64,000 bases of DNA from Oculina patagonica (Eukaryota). The notes under the pieces were generated by a model that was given only the letters and a program-made list of their open reading frames with translations, searched no databases and was not told the DNA's origin. Shown piece after piece: positions 52,515 to 64,000 of the stretch (positions are counted from its first letter, which is position 1; every line of letters begins with the position of its first letter). Location of the stretch: positions 21,204,001 to 21,268,000 of the forward strand of contig NC_135759.1 in the NCBI RefSeq assembly GCF_052425735.1. The letters run 5' to 3'. Position numbers and translations under genes: made by a program.

Positions 52515-53267
52515 TCAGACGGGATCTTTGGGTCTTCTTTGTCGCTGCCTACTCGCAGTTTTCTGTCTTTTATAACAACCACACACTTTTGAACATCCTT
52601 TGAGAGGCAAATAGCAAAGGAGGCAAGGCATGAAAATTGAACAAGCCGCCAAACACCCCCATCTGCCGATGCAAGATGTCCGAGGGGGACCGCACGAGCA
52701 AGGGTGATCTGACGCACTGCCTTCATCGAAGGAATCCTTTGAGCAGTGATACAACACTGCTTTAACCCCGCACATACAGCTTGCGTAGTCGATTAACACG
52801 TCCACGTCCCGCTTACAGCAAAACAACTTGATATCGTCGTCATCTTCACTATGTTTGCATTGGAGTACATTACTACGTCGCGATTGCACCGGTGTTGCCG
52901 GACCTGTGGGTTTCGGTTGTGTAGTTACAACTTGTGACGGTGGACTGCGTATAGTTCCTCCCGTATGTCTCCTAACAAATGCGTTAAACGTCCTGTTAGT
53001 TGCTGGAGTCGATAAACGGAGCCGATTGTCACGATCCGCGACCAAGATGGGTTGGCGAGGTGTAGTAGTCGCCGTCCGCTTCGTAGCGGCCGCAATAACA
53101 CAATAATCTGAGTGATATTCATCCTTGTTCACAATCGTGTCAACTTTGCTAACAGTATTCTGTGGTCGAATGCGATGTTTTGAGTCGTAATCCAAGCTCC
53201 TTTTCTCCCAAACAATTGTCTTTTCCAGTGGGTTCTCGTGTAGAGTGACCGCTGTCTCTACCGCCAT
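52515..53267 (-). CDS. SPRY: Sprouty (RTK/FGF feedback antagonist), single coding exon, 250 aa
   Basis: Cys-rich SPR domain IDYASCMCGVKAVLYHCS..DHPCSC..RWGCL..FMPCLLCYLPLKGC. N-terminal NKDEY resembles Spry2 NTNEY. No EVH1 domain. First in-frame ATG after an upstream stop is at 53267. Confidence 0.95.
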   Translation of the reverse strand: MAVETAVTLHENPLEKTIVWEKRSLDYDSKHRIRPQNTVSKVDTIVNKDEYHSDYCVIAAATKRTATTTPRQPILVADRDNRLRLSTPATNRTFNAFVRRHTGGTIRSPPSQVVTTQPKPTGPATPVQSRRSNVLQCKHSEDDDDIKLFCCKRDVDVLIDYASCMCGVKAVLYHCSKDSFDEGSASDHPCSCGPPRTSCIGRWGCLAACSIFMPCLLCYLPLKGCSKVCGCYKRQKTASRQRQRRPKDPV

Positions 53268-53416
53268 GAAACATTGATCGCCATTCAAATGGACGTCTTG
53301 AAAAACAATTTGGATTAATTTCGCCGGGATCAGGCGTTCTCGAAGTCACCCAGATCCAGCCAATGAATGCCGAACGCCATCATATGGCCTCAGCGAACGG
53401 GAGAACTACGGGCGAC

Positions 53417-53599
53417 CTGAAAAATAAACCCAAAGTACGTTGAGCAATTGAAACCCTTGGGACTAAATGAACATGAATAAAGCTTTCATCAATTAACATT
53501 ACGTTAATCAAAATACAGTTTATATATAGTATCAGAATGCAGAGGTGAAGGCCATACAGCTGGAGTTGCCGGAGAAAAGTAATATTCAGTTTTTCTCAC
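53417..53599 (-). other. Predicted 5'UTR intron of sprouty (non-coding first exon above 53600)
   Basis: Donor tag|GTGAGA at 53599 and acceptor tttatttttcAG at 53417. A 5'UTR intron before an intronless CDS is the usual sprouty layout. Confidence 0.6.
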
Positions 53600-53699
53600 C
53601 TACACCGAAGACAGAAAAGATACAGCCAGCTAATTGAAAACTCGCACGATTGATTGTTCTCGAATGCCCAGCGAAAAGTTCCGTGTTGTGAATACAGCA

Positions 53700-54270
53700 C
53701 TGCCAGCACGCGCAGGAAATGAAGGAATGTTTCCGGCAGCAGTCCGGATTCTTACTGATCGAGACATTGGCCAGTAAACTTATCCATTCAGTCAGCAGAT
53801 AAAACCAACTCGCGTTACACTCCTACTAGGCCGGGTGGGTAACCAAAGCTTTTGAACCCCGCTCGTAACGGCTCGCGCTTTGCGAGCGATTAATAACAAC
53901 CTTGTACTACGGCTCACGCGCGGAGCACTCGAATGAGTTGACAATGCAAACGACTGCCTTGAGCCACAAAACGAACTAATGCAATTCACCGCCCACGAAC
54001 TAAAGCCATATCTGTGTTATTGTGATTTGTGACGTCACAACACGCCCCTTCGCTGCAATTGCTTCGCAAGGTATTTTCGCGTCGCGCGTGGCAAGGTAAA
54101 ACAGACGATTCCTCGATAACCCATTTATCTTTGTATCACTCTAAGCCTTTGAACGTCGCGGAGCGAACAGCGCTTAGGAAATTTTCTCGTTCGAAGGTCG
54201 GTCTGTTTATCTGTTTATTAAAACGCCATATTGCTTGCTGAAGACAGTCTCTCTCAATGTGACTTCCGGT
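53700..54270. promoter_or_regulatory. CpG-rich sprouty promoter region with ETS and CRE motifs
   Basis: CAGGAAAT at 53713; CCGGAAAC on the minus strand near 53730; palindrome TTGTGACGTCACAA at 54027-54040; ACCGGAAGT on the minus strand at 54262-54270. Confidence 0.5.
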
Positions 54271-56572
54271 TTCATTCTGGTCAGAACAAAGGCTGCAGAC
54301 AAAGGGTTTGTTCGTGTGTCTTTGGATTTACATAATGAACATACTAAACATATTCTGCAAATTGCTTAAAAATCCTAAGAAGCTTAACATTTCTTGCCTT
54401 TGAGCTGGTGCAGTTGAGTCTTGTTCCAGTTTTCGCCGATTTTTGTGTTTCTCTCTGGCGCTCTCAGCTAATCACGCGTTCTCCTTTCAGGTGTCAACTC
54501 TTTGAAAACATTTTTTTGCATTAATTTTGCGATCACGTTTGACAGCGACAGGAGGCTGGATGTTTGTATTTCTTTCTTTGCTTTAGAAAGAGAAACTACA
54601 GGACTGGATCTAGCGTATGAGACACTTGATATAGATGTAATTGATGACCCATGTTTGGGGGGGCTCCAGTCACCCTTAATGAACATAAAAACTGGGTCAA
54701 CCACTATGCCATCAAAACCCTTCACTTCCGACGCCAGTTTCCGATTTTGTGTGATGGGATTTAAGCTGACAACCGGGTCTGTCGGAAAACCAGCAAGCAC
54801 TCGAGAAAAGCGACTACGAAATTGGAAAAATCCAATATGTCAACTTTCAATAGATTTAATCATCTGTTGGAGCGCTTTCAAGTTAGACGCATGCAGATGA
54901 GAACAGACCGTCATTTCAAGCCCGGTAACCCAACACTTGAAAGTGGCGTATTGGCCTGGAGGGGTGTATGAATATTAGATGCCTTGAAATCTGCTCTAAG
55001 GCTGGCGCTTGGGAGGGCAACTGAGTCTTTACAATCTTTGTGCCTTGACTTGGGGGTCTTGAAAAAGGAATTTTGACTGAAAAAAATGTCGAGTTATTTA
55101 CTAACGTTTTCAAACAACCAAAGGAAAACGATATTGCTTAACTTTCATTAGTGAAAAAGAACAATATACACATTTGCATCTCCATAAACAATATAGTTTC
55201 CGGTCGTCAGCTATCTCGCCATTCTTCCAGTAGGTTCTCCGAAATATTTATTTTCGATCAGGTTAGTGTCTAATGCAATTTTCTAAACGTGATCGAGGAT
55301 TTCTTAAACAGATTTTGCTTTGCGCTGGTCGATCTCCTTGCTAAAACTGCCGAAAAACGCAAAGAAAAAGGCTCAAGGCCGAGTCCTTTACACTTCAAAA
55401 GGAACCGAAAGTGCCAAAATGTAATTACGGTCCAAGAAAAGTGTTCGCGTCTTTGTTAGGGGTTTCCTGCTTTGTCCATAGGCCTATTTTCCATCAAAAC
55501 AAACACCTGCTAAGGGCTTCGTGACGTTGAATTAACGCCAGCAATCTCGTTGCCAATTATTTTGCGTCTCCGTGAAGCTAAACTGCGAAGGAATGCCACT
55601 GTGTGTACACAAGCAAATTAAATTCAGGCGACCAAATGCGACAGAACTTGATTCAGCAAACATGGGGGGCTTTTATGAATCAACTGGGATGACAGTTTGG
55701 ATGAGAAGTAATTTCACAGCCGCGGGGAGCGTAAAATAATAATTGTTTGTGCGTGATACACTAAGCGCCCGAGCGGATCAGATGCAAATTTGATTTTCGC
55801 TATTTAATATATGCACACAGACTACCCAGGCTTTGGGTAATGGCTTTATGTGAACAGAAACATCGAGAAGTTGGTTTTAAAAAGGTAAAAAGACTTTCTG
55901 AACAGGAAATTGCATCAATTGGGAAATGGAAATTTCATTACAACTGACCTTCTTAAAATGTTTTTATGCTCATTTGATCAACTCTCATTTACAATATTCT
56001 CGAAATATTCTTCTCTATTTTTACGGAAACGCCGGTACTCTGATAGAATCCTTTTGTAGCTTTCCTCAATTTTGTTCTTCATCTTGAACAAAAAATAACA
56101 ACTATAAATTATTTTCTTATTTAGATTCCTGTATTTGATCACAGTAGTTATACGTTCCGGCTAAGACTTCAAAGGTGATAGTTTGTTTGTGGACATTGAA
56201 CGAAAAAAAAAAAAGAAATAAATCCCAGGTGCGTATTCATTAACACAGCATGAAATAATATACTGGTGGAAGACTCACGCACGAAAACATTGAGCTTCAG
56301 TAGAAAACATCAATAAACCAAGTTACTTATTGGTCTGGTTATTTTTTTGCTTTTGTTTTGTCGTTTTGTTTTTTCGAACTAAGAAAAATGCGATTGCTGT
56401 CTTGGGCTCCTTCCGAAGATTTTCTTCTCCAACTCTTTTATTTTGGCGTCAAAAGATTCTTTACGGTCTGCGGACTGAACTGTATTGCTTGGGTTTGTTG
56501 ACAATAAACTTGGTTGAAAAGTGCCACGATCAGAAGCCCCAAGGCTAGAGGTTGCTTGAAAACGCTGTTTAA

Positions 56573-57158
56573 GGGCCTGTTCGCACTAGGACGAAAAATT
56601 TGGTTTGGGTACAAAAAAATTGAAAATTTTGTAATGCGAAATTTTGGTTTGTGGGCGCGTTCGCACTTGAGACATGAAATTTTTGTGAAACCACAAAAAT
56701 CAATCGAACGAAATAGAAACCATGTTTCGTGTGCGTTCCTTCAATATTCGCAGTGGAAGAAACGTTCGAATTTCGAAGCGCCCTTGGAAGAAGGTGGGAG
56801 CGAGGAGGTGCTGGTGACTGACAGTGCTGTGACCGTACTGTCCACCGAGAGTCGCATTGATAGCCAAGAGTTGAAGCAGAGGAACAACTGGAAGGATGAT
56901 TTGGTACAAACAAATAGGAATCGGTGTTTCTCTCCCATAATTCATCTCTTCGGCTACCGCTATATAGCGGCGTAACAGAGCAGGACTGACAGATGACCCG
57001 TGAAGGGATGTCAAGGAACAAAAGATCCGCCTGACAAAAAATGTAGGCCCCAAAGCAGCGACGGCGGTGAAGTTGAGCACCGATGGTGGTCACGACGTCG
57101 CACAATGGCGCGTTGACAGTGCAAAACAAACAAAATTTCGCGTAGTGCGAACAGGCCC
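56573..57158. mobile_element. 586-bp non-autonomous DNA transposon inserted at TTAA
   Basis: Perfect 16-bp TIRs GGGCCTGTTCGCACTA / TAGTGCGAACAGGCCC, with imperfect pairing beyond; TTAA at 56569-56572 and 57159-57162. Confidence 0.9.
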
Positions 57159-59660
57159 TTAAACATAGCTCACAAGAGCCCGTTGAAGGAAAAACAAATT
57201 GGATTAATAAGGATAAAAAATAGGGTTACGCTAACTGAACACATCTTTGCGATGGGATAAGGGTGCAAAATTAAAAGCGATCAGTTCAGGGTCATACAGG
57301 TTGTAGACAAATCATTTGCAAGCCAATATACAACTGAGCATTTGATACTTACTCATATCAGCACAGTGAGAAAGCTTATTGACCAGGCTGTTGGAAGTTT
57401 GGATAAGTGGCGAAAAACATCCGAAAAAACAAACATTTAAAGATGAATAAGCATGGAAAATTTACTTAACGCGACCTTGAAGGAAAAAAAAAGCGATTTG
57501 ACGAAGTTAAATACACCACAAAAGTTGCCATAGCACGTCTTACTAGTTGATATAAAGGATTTATTTTATCGTGTTACCGATTTGTGTACTGCCGTTTTCG
57601 ATCCTTCCGGATTTCCAAGTTCTTAAAATGCTTGCAGTGATTAAAGTTTATAGAATGTTCCATGGTATGAAACATGATCAAGCAAGCTGCCCTCGTACCT
57701 CGCTTGGTAAATCTGGTTTTACGCAATGCAAAGACGGCTTAAAATGAGAGGTGAAAGTTCTTCTTTTATTCCGAATTTCGTTCTCACGGGTATTTGGTTC
57801 TTATATTAAATCAATTTTTTCAGGTCGAGCACGCAGTTCAGTCACTTTGAATAGTTTGCCGTACAAGACCTTATAACACTTCTTTCTCTGGCCAGAGTTC
57901 TTACTTTTTGCAAATAGCTTGGAATAGGAAATGCATAAAAAAAGCAACGTTATTTTTTTTAAGTAGCAACTACTCTTGCTAACGTTTTTATTAACAGTGG
58001 TATCTTCAAGAACTTACATCGAAAAATTAAAAGCAGTTTCAGTCAATTGAAAATTCTTTTCGTGACTTTGATTGTCTCAAAGGCTTTACCTCAGTATCAA
58101 GTAATCGTCTAATTTCGAAGTTAAAAGACTAACTGTCTTACCATAGCTAAGAACAGATGTTGAGTACCAGATTTGTACTGGCTTTGTAAGGGAAAAACCG
58201 ACAGCATATTGGATTATCAAACACAAAATATTTAGGGCCGTGATATTTTCAGTCCTAATGAAAAATGCACATGAACATTTTACTCACAACAGAACCAGAG
58301 TAGTTTGTTTCTGGCCAAGTAATGTTCTTGATGTTCTTAATGAATCTCTAGCCATTGCTCGTACGTTTGTTAAGGTCAGTTGCACTCCACAAGAATACAA
58401 CTTTTTCAGTGATCATACTCAACCGTATTCGCATTATATACTTGAGATATTTGCTTTGCTGTTTCAGTTTCTATGTAGTACCGACTTTAAACAAACACCG
58501 AATGGTCACCAGTGGTTTTCCATGAACAGTGTAAAGTCGAATGGCAGCCAAACGAACAGATGAACACTGAAGTACGGCCTAGTGTGTGAGCTTAAGTAGG
58601 GAAACAGACAAGAAACGAAGTGAATCTGTCGACATCACAGAATTAAGTTGACAAGCAAGTGCGACTTACTGGCGTGATTAATAAGCGTCAAACAAACAAA
58701 AACCTAAAATGATTGGCTTAAGCACGGGCCATAGTTCCTGGTTTAAGTCTCTTAACTGACATGCTCTGCAAGCGGGTGCATGAATTCAAACAATTGAAGC
58801 CGACAGTTCCTTGTTGAATCTAATGTATAATTCCAAAGTGACACTGACAAAACCTGCGCGCATGCAGGCATGCATGCGCTCGTTTGGTATGAATTGATTA
58901 ATTGTAAAGTTATTCAGCCGTCTTAAATGTGTTTTGCCTTTGCTATAGTATGTTGTTTTTGGTGTGTGTTTTTGATAGAAGTTGAAGGCGTCTATTGTGC
59001 CTCCTCTCCAAAGTCTGTTATTTGTTTGTGTGCAATCTTGATCTGTCTGTTTTTTCTTTCTCAACTGCTTGTCTAAGTGTTTTGTCTAACTGTTAATCTG
59101 TTATGTGTTTGTGCCTATTTGTGGTCTATTTTTCTCTTTTTGAAAAGTATTCCGATCCATCTATCTGGTTGTTTGTGTGACTGTCTTGACTTTGTTTATT
59201 TATAGCTTAGTAATTGTCTTTCCTGCGAGCTATATGCTGCCTGGTTAAGGTTTTGGTACAGTGTCAGTCGTATCTGCTTTTTTCTTTCGGTTTAGGTGTA
59301 GCTGAACGACAATGGGGTAAACTCATAGCGAGTTTAGAACACTTTTAGTTTTAGTCTGCATGTAGACGTCCAATTCACCTCCTTTAAGAAAAAAGGGTCG
59401 CAGGAAGGAAACAACTTGAACGAGGATGCTACGAAGGTTTGCGTCAGTAAAACAATATGACGGTCTGTTCGTCGTTGTCGACTTCCTTTTTGTAAAGGAA
59501 CTAGATGTTTACGCTGTTTTGTTTGCTCGTTTGTTTGTTCGTTTAGCTGTTTTCTGTTATCCAAATTCAGTGCCCGATTGTTCACAGTGTATGTCACTTT
59601 CGCAGGGAAGATGACGCACATTGAAATGAAAAAAAAAATGAAAAGAAGAATATCATAAAA

Positions 59661-59847
59661 TACCGCAAATCTGGCTTGGACTTATATTTGCTTGTCAACG
59701 TCCCTTTCAGCTGGGCCTATTTTCGGGGAGGGCTCATATACGGGAGGGTTTATTTTTGGAAGGATTTTTTCGTCTGAAATTTGAGGGCCTTTAATATATT
59801 TTTGGAGGAATGAAGGGGGTATTCATATTTTCGGAATTTTACGATAT
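59661..59847. mobile_element. Decayed Tc1/pogo-type MITE (TA-CCGTAAAATTCCG family)
   Basis: TACCGCAAAT left end and TTTCGGAATTTTACGATA right end; internal GGGCTTATWTTCGG-like repeats. Confidence 0.55.
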
Positions 59848-60594
59848 CGCTTGAATGTTGCTCACTTGTCTCTAAGTAGTAATTATAGCTTTACTGCGTT
59901 CACATTATATTTCAGTATTCTTTATTTCCCTCCATTTTGATTTTATAATCTACCATTATTTCTAAGACGAGCTGCCTAGCCCACTCACATATGAGCTCCT
60001 TAGGCAAAGCGGAGTTCTTTAAATTGTATCTAGTAGCTAGCCCTGTGGTATATTACGCATGATGCATGTAGACGGCTGCAACTCTGCAAGCAGGCTAGAC
60101 GTTTACTCCACAATATTCAACTAACTAATAAAAAATTTTAGCGACTGCGGGAAGGAAGGAAATGTCAAGGGTCTTTTCATCCCTTCTTGTCATCGTATGG
60201 CTACTGGCAGATTAGGAGAGCCAAATTGAGTTACGCTACAACGTAACTTAGACATGAAAATATACAGGAAATTAAAAATACACCCTCGACGTGATTCGTC
60301 CAATACTTACCATGCCAGAATCAACGACTGTTTAAGCACGATCTCCCTAACTGACTGTGAAACTCAGTGAAAAGGGAGCTTACCGTTGAAAACCCAAAGA
60401 AAACTGAAAGGCCGAGCCTTTTACCGTAGGACTCACACTTTAAAGATCAAAAATCGGGAAGAAAGACTGGAAAGATCATTAAGTCAACGCTATAAGACAC
60501 CCATCGTGCCATTTTTGCTCTTTACTTCTCAGTTTACGCTCTAGTAAGGTCTTGTTGCCCTGTGCTATCAAGCAGTCTAAACTTTGCTTTAGTG

Positions 60595-60755
60595 GGATAC
60601 GAATTTCTCATATTCTCAATTTCTCGGGCCTCCCGATAACTCGAACAAATGTCGCTTTCCTTGGAATTGCTTCAATCATTCGAACACTGTAATTTTACCC
60701 CCGACTTCTCGAAACAATTTTCGTTTCTCTCAGAAGTTCGAGAAATCGGAATTAT
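60595..60755. mobile_element. Decayed pogo/Tigger-like MITE fragment
   Basis: Subterminal repeats CCCGATAACTCGAAC, CCGACTTCTCGAAAC and GTTCGAGAAATCGG. Confidence 0.45.
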
Positions 60756-63700
60756 TTGACTTAGTGGGCCACGGTCGAGCTCACTTAATCCGTTTGAACT
60801 GCGATAAATAAACTAGTAGTCTTTAACCTAAATCAAGAGAGGATGAAGTACTTCATCCTATCTTGCCTAAATGGAATAAAGCTCAAACTTGTAGTTCCAT
60901 ACAATCAACTGACCCATAGAGAAAAGCTTATGAAATACTGGAAAGTCGAAACTGCATACGGATGGTCAAACCTGGATGAGATGAAAACGGATTGCATAAG
61001 ACATAACATAGTTTATTTCAGTCAGACCGTTTAAAATCCGGGAAAATCAAGTTAAAGTTAATTTTAAACAAGTTAAAGAGGCATTTCTTATTTAGATATG
61101 TCCTCTTAATTTGTCCATCAGTATAGATGAAAATTTTTTATTGAAGTAATATTTCGTTGACAGTTTTCATTTTGCCAGTTGACGCACACGAAGAATCACG
61201 AGCCAAAAAAAAATCTCGTGACCTTGTAGAAATAGAAAAGACCGCCGCCGGCTGGAGCATCTTACATAGCTACACCGATGACCGCCGCTTCCATAAATAA
61301 CTCATGATAAGGAACAAGTTTGGGAAACCCAGTCGAGACTAGACTGGAAACTTTCAACGAAAAATGGGGTTGCTCTGCATGATTTTTGGGCAAACCAGAC
61401 TACAAAACTTTACACGAAAGTGGCGTTACTCTGCACAATTTCACTGACAGACCCAGAAACGTTTAAGGGTGTGGACAAATTAAGTTTTAAGTACAAGGAG
61501 TGCATCTTTACAAAAGGATAGAAAGTTTAAAATGATGAGAGACAGAGGCTTCAAAATTACACCCATTCCGTAAAGGCGTATCTGTTCTTAAAATGCACTT
61601 AACATCGGCAGAGAATTTGCTGAAAGTTCTTGTAAATTGATCTTATTATACCACACAATTTAGTGGGTAAAAATATCTCTGGAAAGGACTAAGGTTTTTT
61701 CCGCATTTATTCTTGGGTGAGAAAGAGTATTCGAAAATTAAATTCCTAGTTCTCCATTTGTAAACATTGCGAAGGCCTTGTAAAATGTTTTATTCTGTTT
61801 GGAAGATTTAGTACCATCATGGACTAAAATTATACTGAGAACGATGACATTCCATTGCACGATAGCTGAACAAAAAATTTCCGCAAAAAATGACCCTATC
61901 AAACCAACACTTGATTATGTATTAGTTTCGTCGACAACCTTTGTGATCTCTGGCCGATGGATAGTTTTTATCAAATTCCACATGTTCCACTAACAATGTT
62001 GTTTAGCTAGCAAAAAAACTGCATCGACATTTCGTACTAACAGAAAAAGTGAACAGAGATTTCGCAACTTTGAAGTCTAATGAATAAATGAGCATAAATG
62101 AGGTTGTGTTAGAGTAGCTTTGGCTGGCAAAAAAATCTGGTTAATTCAGGTTAATTCCTCTGTCTTCGCCGCCAGAATAAACTTGCCTCACAAACCACAA
62201 GCGAGTTTTTTCGGTTGGCTTGTTTCCCTGCCAGCTAGTGTATTCAGTTACGAGACGAAAGTGCTATAATTGGCTATAAGTTATAACAATTAGTCATAGA
62301 CTTTATGATGATGGATGGCGGAGCACGAGATAAAAGTATCGACATCACTTACAAAATTAGTTACTGTTTCAACCGTATGCTTGCTAGGTATTTCCGTCGA
62401 ACGGAAGATGTTAACATTTCTGACTGATTTCGGTCGGAAGGAAGACTAGCCAGCTAACTTAATACCACCATGAAAGTATGCACGGACCGTAGTTGTGCTA
62501 ACACGGTGTCTGCGAACTCATTAGGCATTCTTCTAGACAGTTTCTTTATAATTGTGTACGATGGCGCAATTTTTGATGGTAGCTTGTGTGATCTACTAGG
62601 GATTATTGTCCGAAAGCTTTTCCTAAACGGCTGGACATGCATGTCTATCTATCTCTGTCTAGTGTATTTATTACAACTATGGTTCTAAAGGGCACATGCA
62701 TGGTACTCATAAAGTATGTAATCCATTCCTTCTCATGACCGTTATATGTCGGCGCCGAAAAGGCCTGTCCTCTCATCAGGCGAAGGTCTTAAATTCATGT
62801 AAATCCGGCAAGTGAGTGTGTTTAACGTCGACCAAAGGGCAAACGTTGATTCTAGGCAGGGTTTCTTTGTGATATCGATATAGCACACGTATTCTTTTCT
62901 TTGTTTTCGAAGAAAGAAAATATCTCTTTCCTGACTGATGACACATGTGTCTCGTTTCGTTTTTTACAGCCCTGCGTTTTGTTTCTTTCACTTAGTAGTA
63001 CTCCGTAACTTTCAACAAGGAGAACTTTATACTGGGAATTACGTTCTACGTTTTCCGGCGTCTTCTACGACCAATTCTTTCGCCAAATTTGGTAAATTGC
63101 GCGTGTGTCTTGCATGTGCGATCTGCGATGCACGTTTCTATAAATACTCCCCAACGAGTAAAACCTGCTACAAGGTTTTGGCTATAGATTAATGAATCAG
63201 CGATTGTGAGCTCCCCTGACCGAACGAACGACTCGAAAACTCATTTTTCTCTTCTTCATAACTAGAAAGAGTAGTTTTGCTTGCTTTGTACTGCATAAAT
63301 TTCACGGTTAAAATCTTTAGCGGACTTCTATTACTCACCTTTCGTAAGACTTGCTTAGTCGTTTATCTGCGTAACAAAAAAGTGGCTCAACTTTTCAGTC
63401 CGTGCAAGCAGTTAGAGAACTTTGTAGACAGCTTGGAAATGTTCTGGACTCTTCAATCTTCAGTGATTAACCCAGGACTGATTAACACAATGCTTGATCG
63501 ATTCATTGGTTACCTAATTATGACATAAAACATTAGGAGACTTTTGTTTCAGCGAGTTAGGACCTTCGCCACAAAGAGCTCTACTCGACCGGAAGTTCAG
63601 TGAACAAAGGCAAGTCGTGTACCGAGAGGCGGACTTTTCCCGCGCATTAATCACGCAAATTATCTGTGAGCGAAGTTCGGGCAGGATATACCTTTACCGG

Positions 63701-64000
63701 AGTATAAAAATACCAAACAGACCAAGTATTTCCATGCGTATCTGATGACGAAAAACATTGCCTTAAAAAACTGACCTCGTAGGTGCTGTATGCTTAAAGT
63801 AAATTAGCTATCATTAAATCGTTAACGGGTAAACAACGCAGCCTTCCGAATGAAGTTTTGAAAGTAATCAGATGTGTTACAAACGAAGTTATGAAAGTCT
63901 CTCGTTTCGACACTAAAGTAAACGGGGTCTATAAGAAAATGCGTTTTTAATACGTAACAGATTTCGCACTTGTGCGCAATTTAGCGTTTATCACGGTTAA

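Noticed and set aside
54468-54900. Antiparallel 110-aa and 132-aa ORFs upstream of sprouty
   Set aside because: Non-ATG starts, no recognisable motif and no convincing splice partners.
56514-57129. 153-aa, 186-aa and 126-aa ORFs
   Set aside because: They lie almost entirely within the TIR element and show no transposase catalytic motif.
63553-63609. Possible 57-nt exon (tttgtttcag ... gcaagt) with a LYS-like string
   Set aside because: It needs a GC donor, has no partner exons and shows no real FGF similarity.

Overview
This is eukaryotic, intron-rich, AT-rich animal DNA. The SINE and MITE families suggest an anthozoan cnidarian, probably a stony coral (inference). Splicing the exons by hand gives three FGF8/17/18-family ligand genes. 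FGF8-A is on the minus strand (6643 to <1, 3' end outside the window). FGF8-B is on the plus strand (20766-26121, 270 aa). FGF8-C is on the plus strand (33558-45146, 229 aa). Each has five coding exons with intron phases 2,0,1,0 and a signal peptide split over two small exons, as in vertebrate FGF8/17/18. A and B are head-to-head, C is in tandem with B, and a sprouty gene with one coding exon (minus, 53267-52515, 250 aa) faces C tail-to-tail. The window is therefore a cluster of three ligands plus their feedback inhibitor. The paralogues differ at residues that matter for receptor binding, glycosylation and matrix retention. The remainder is non-coding: candidate ERK-responsive (ETS/AP-1/CRE) elements, tRNA-derived SINEs, several MITEs, a decayed LTR element and Penelope-like remnants with hammerhead-like motifs. 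Most ORFs in the supplied track are spurious or are read-throughs of single exons.
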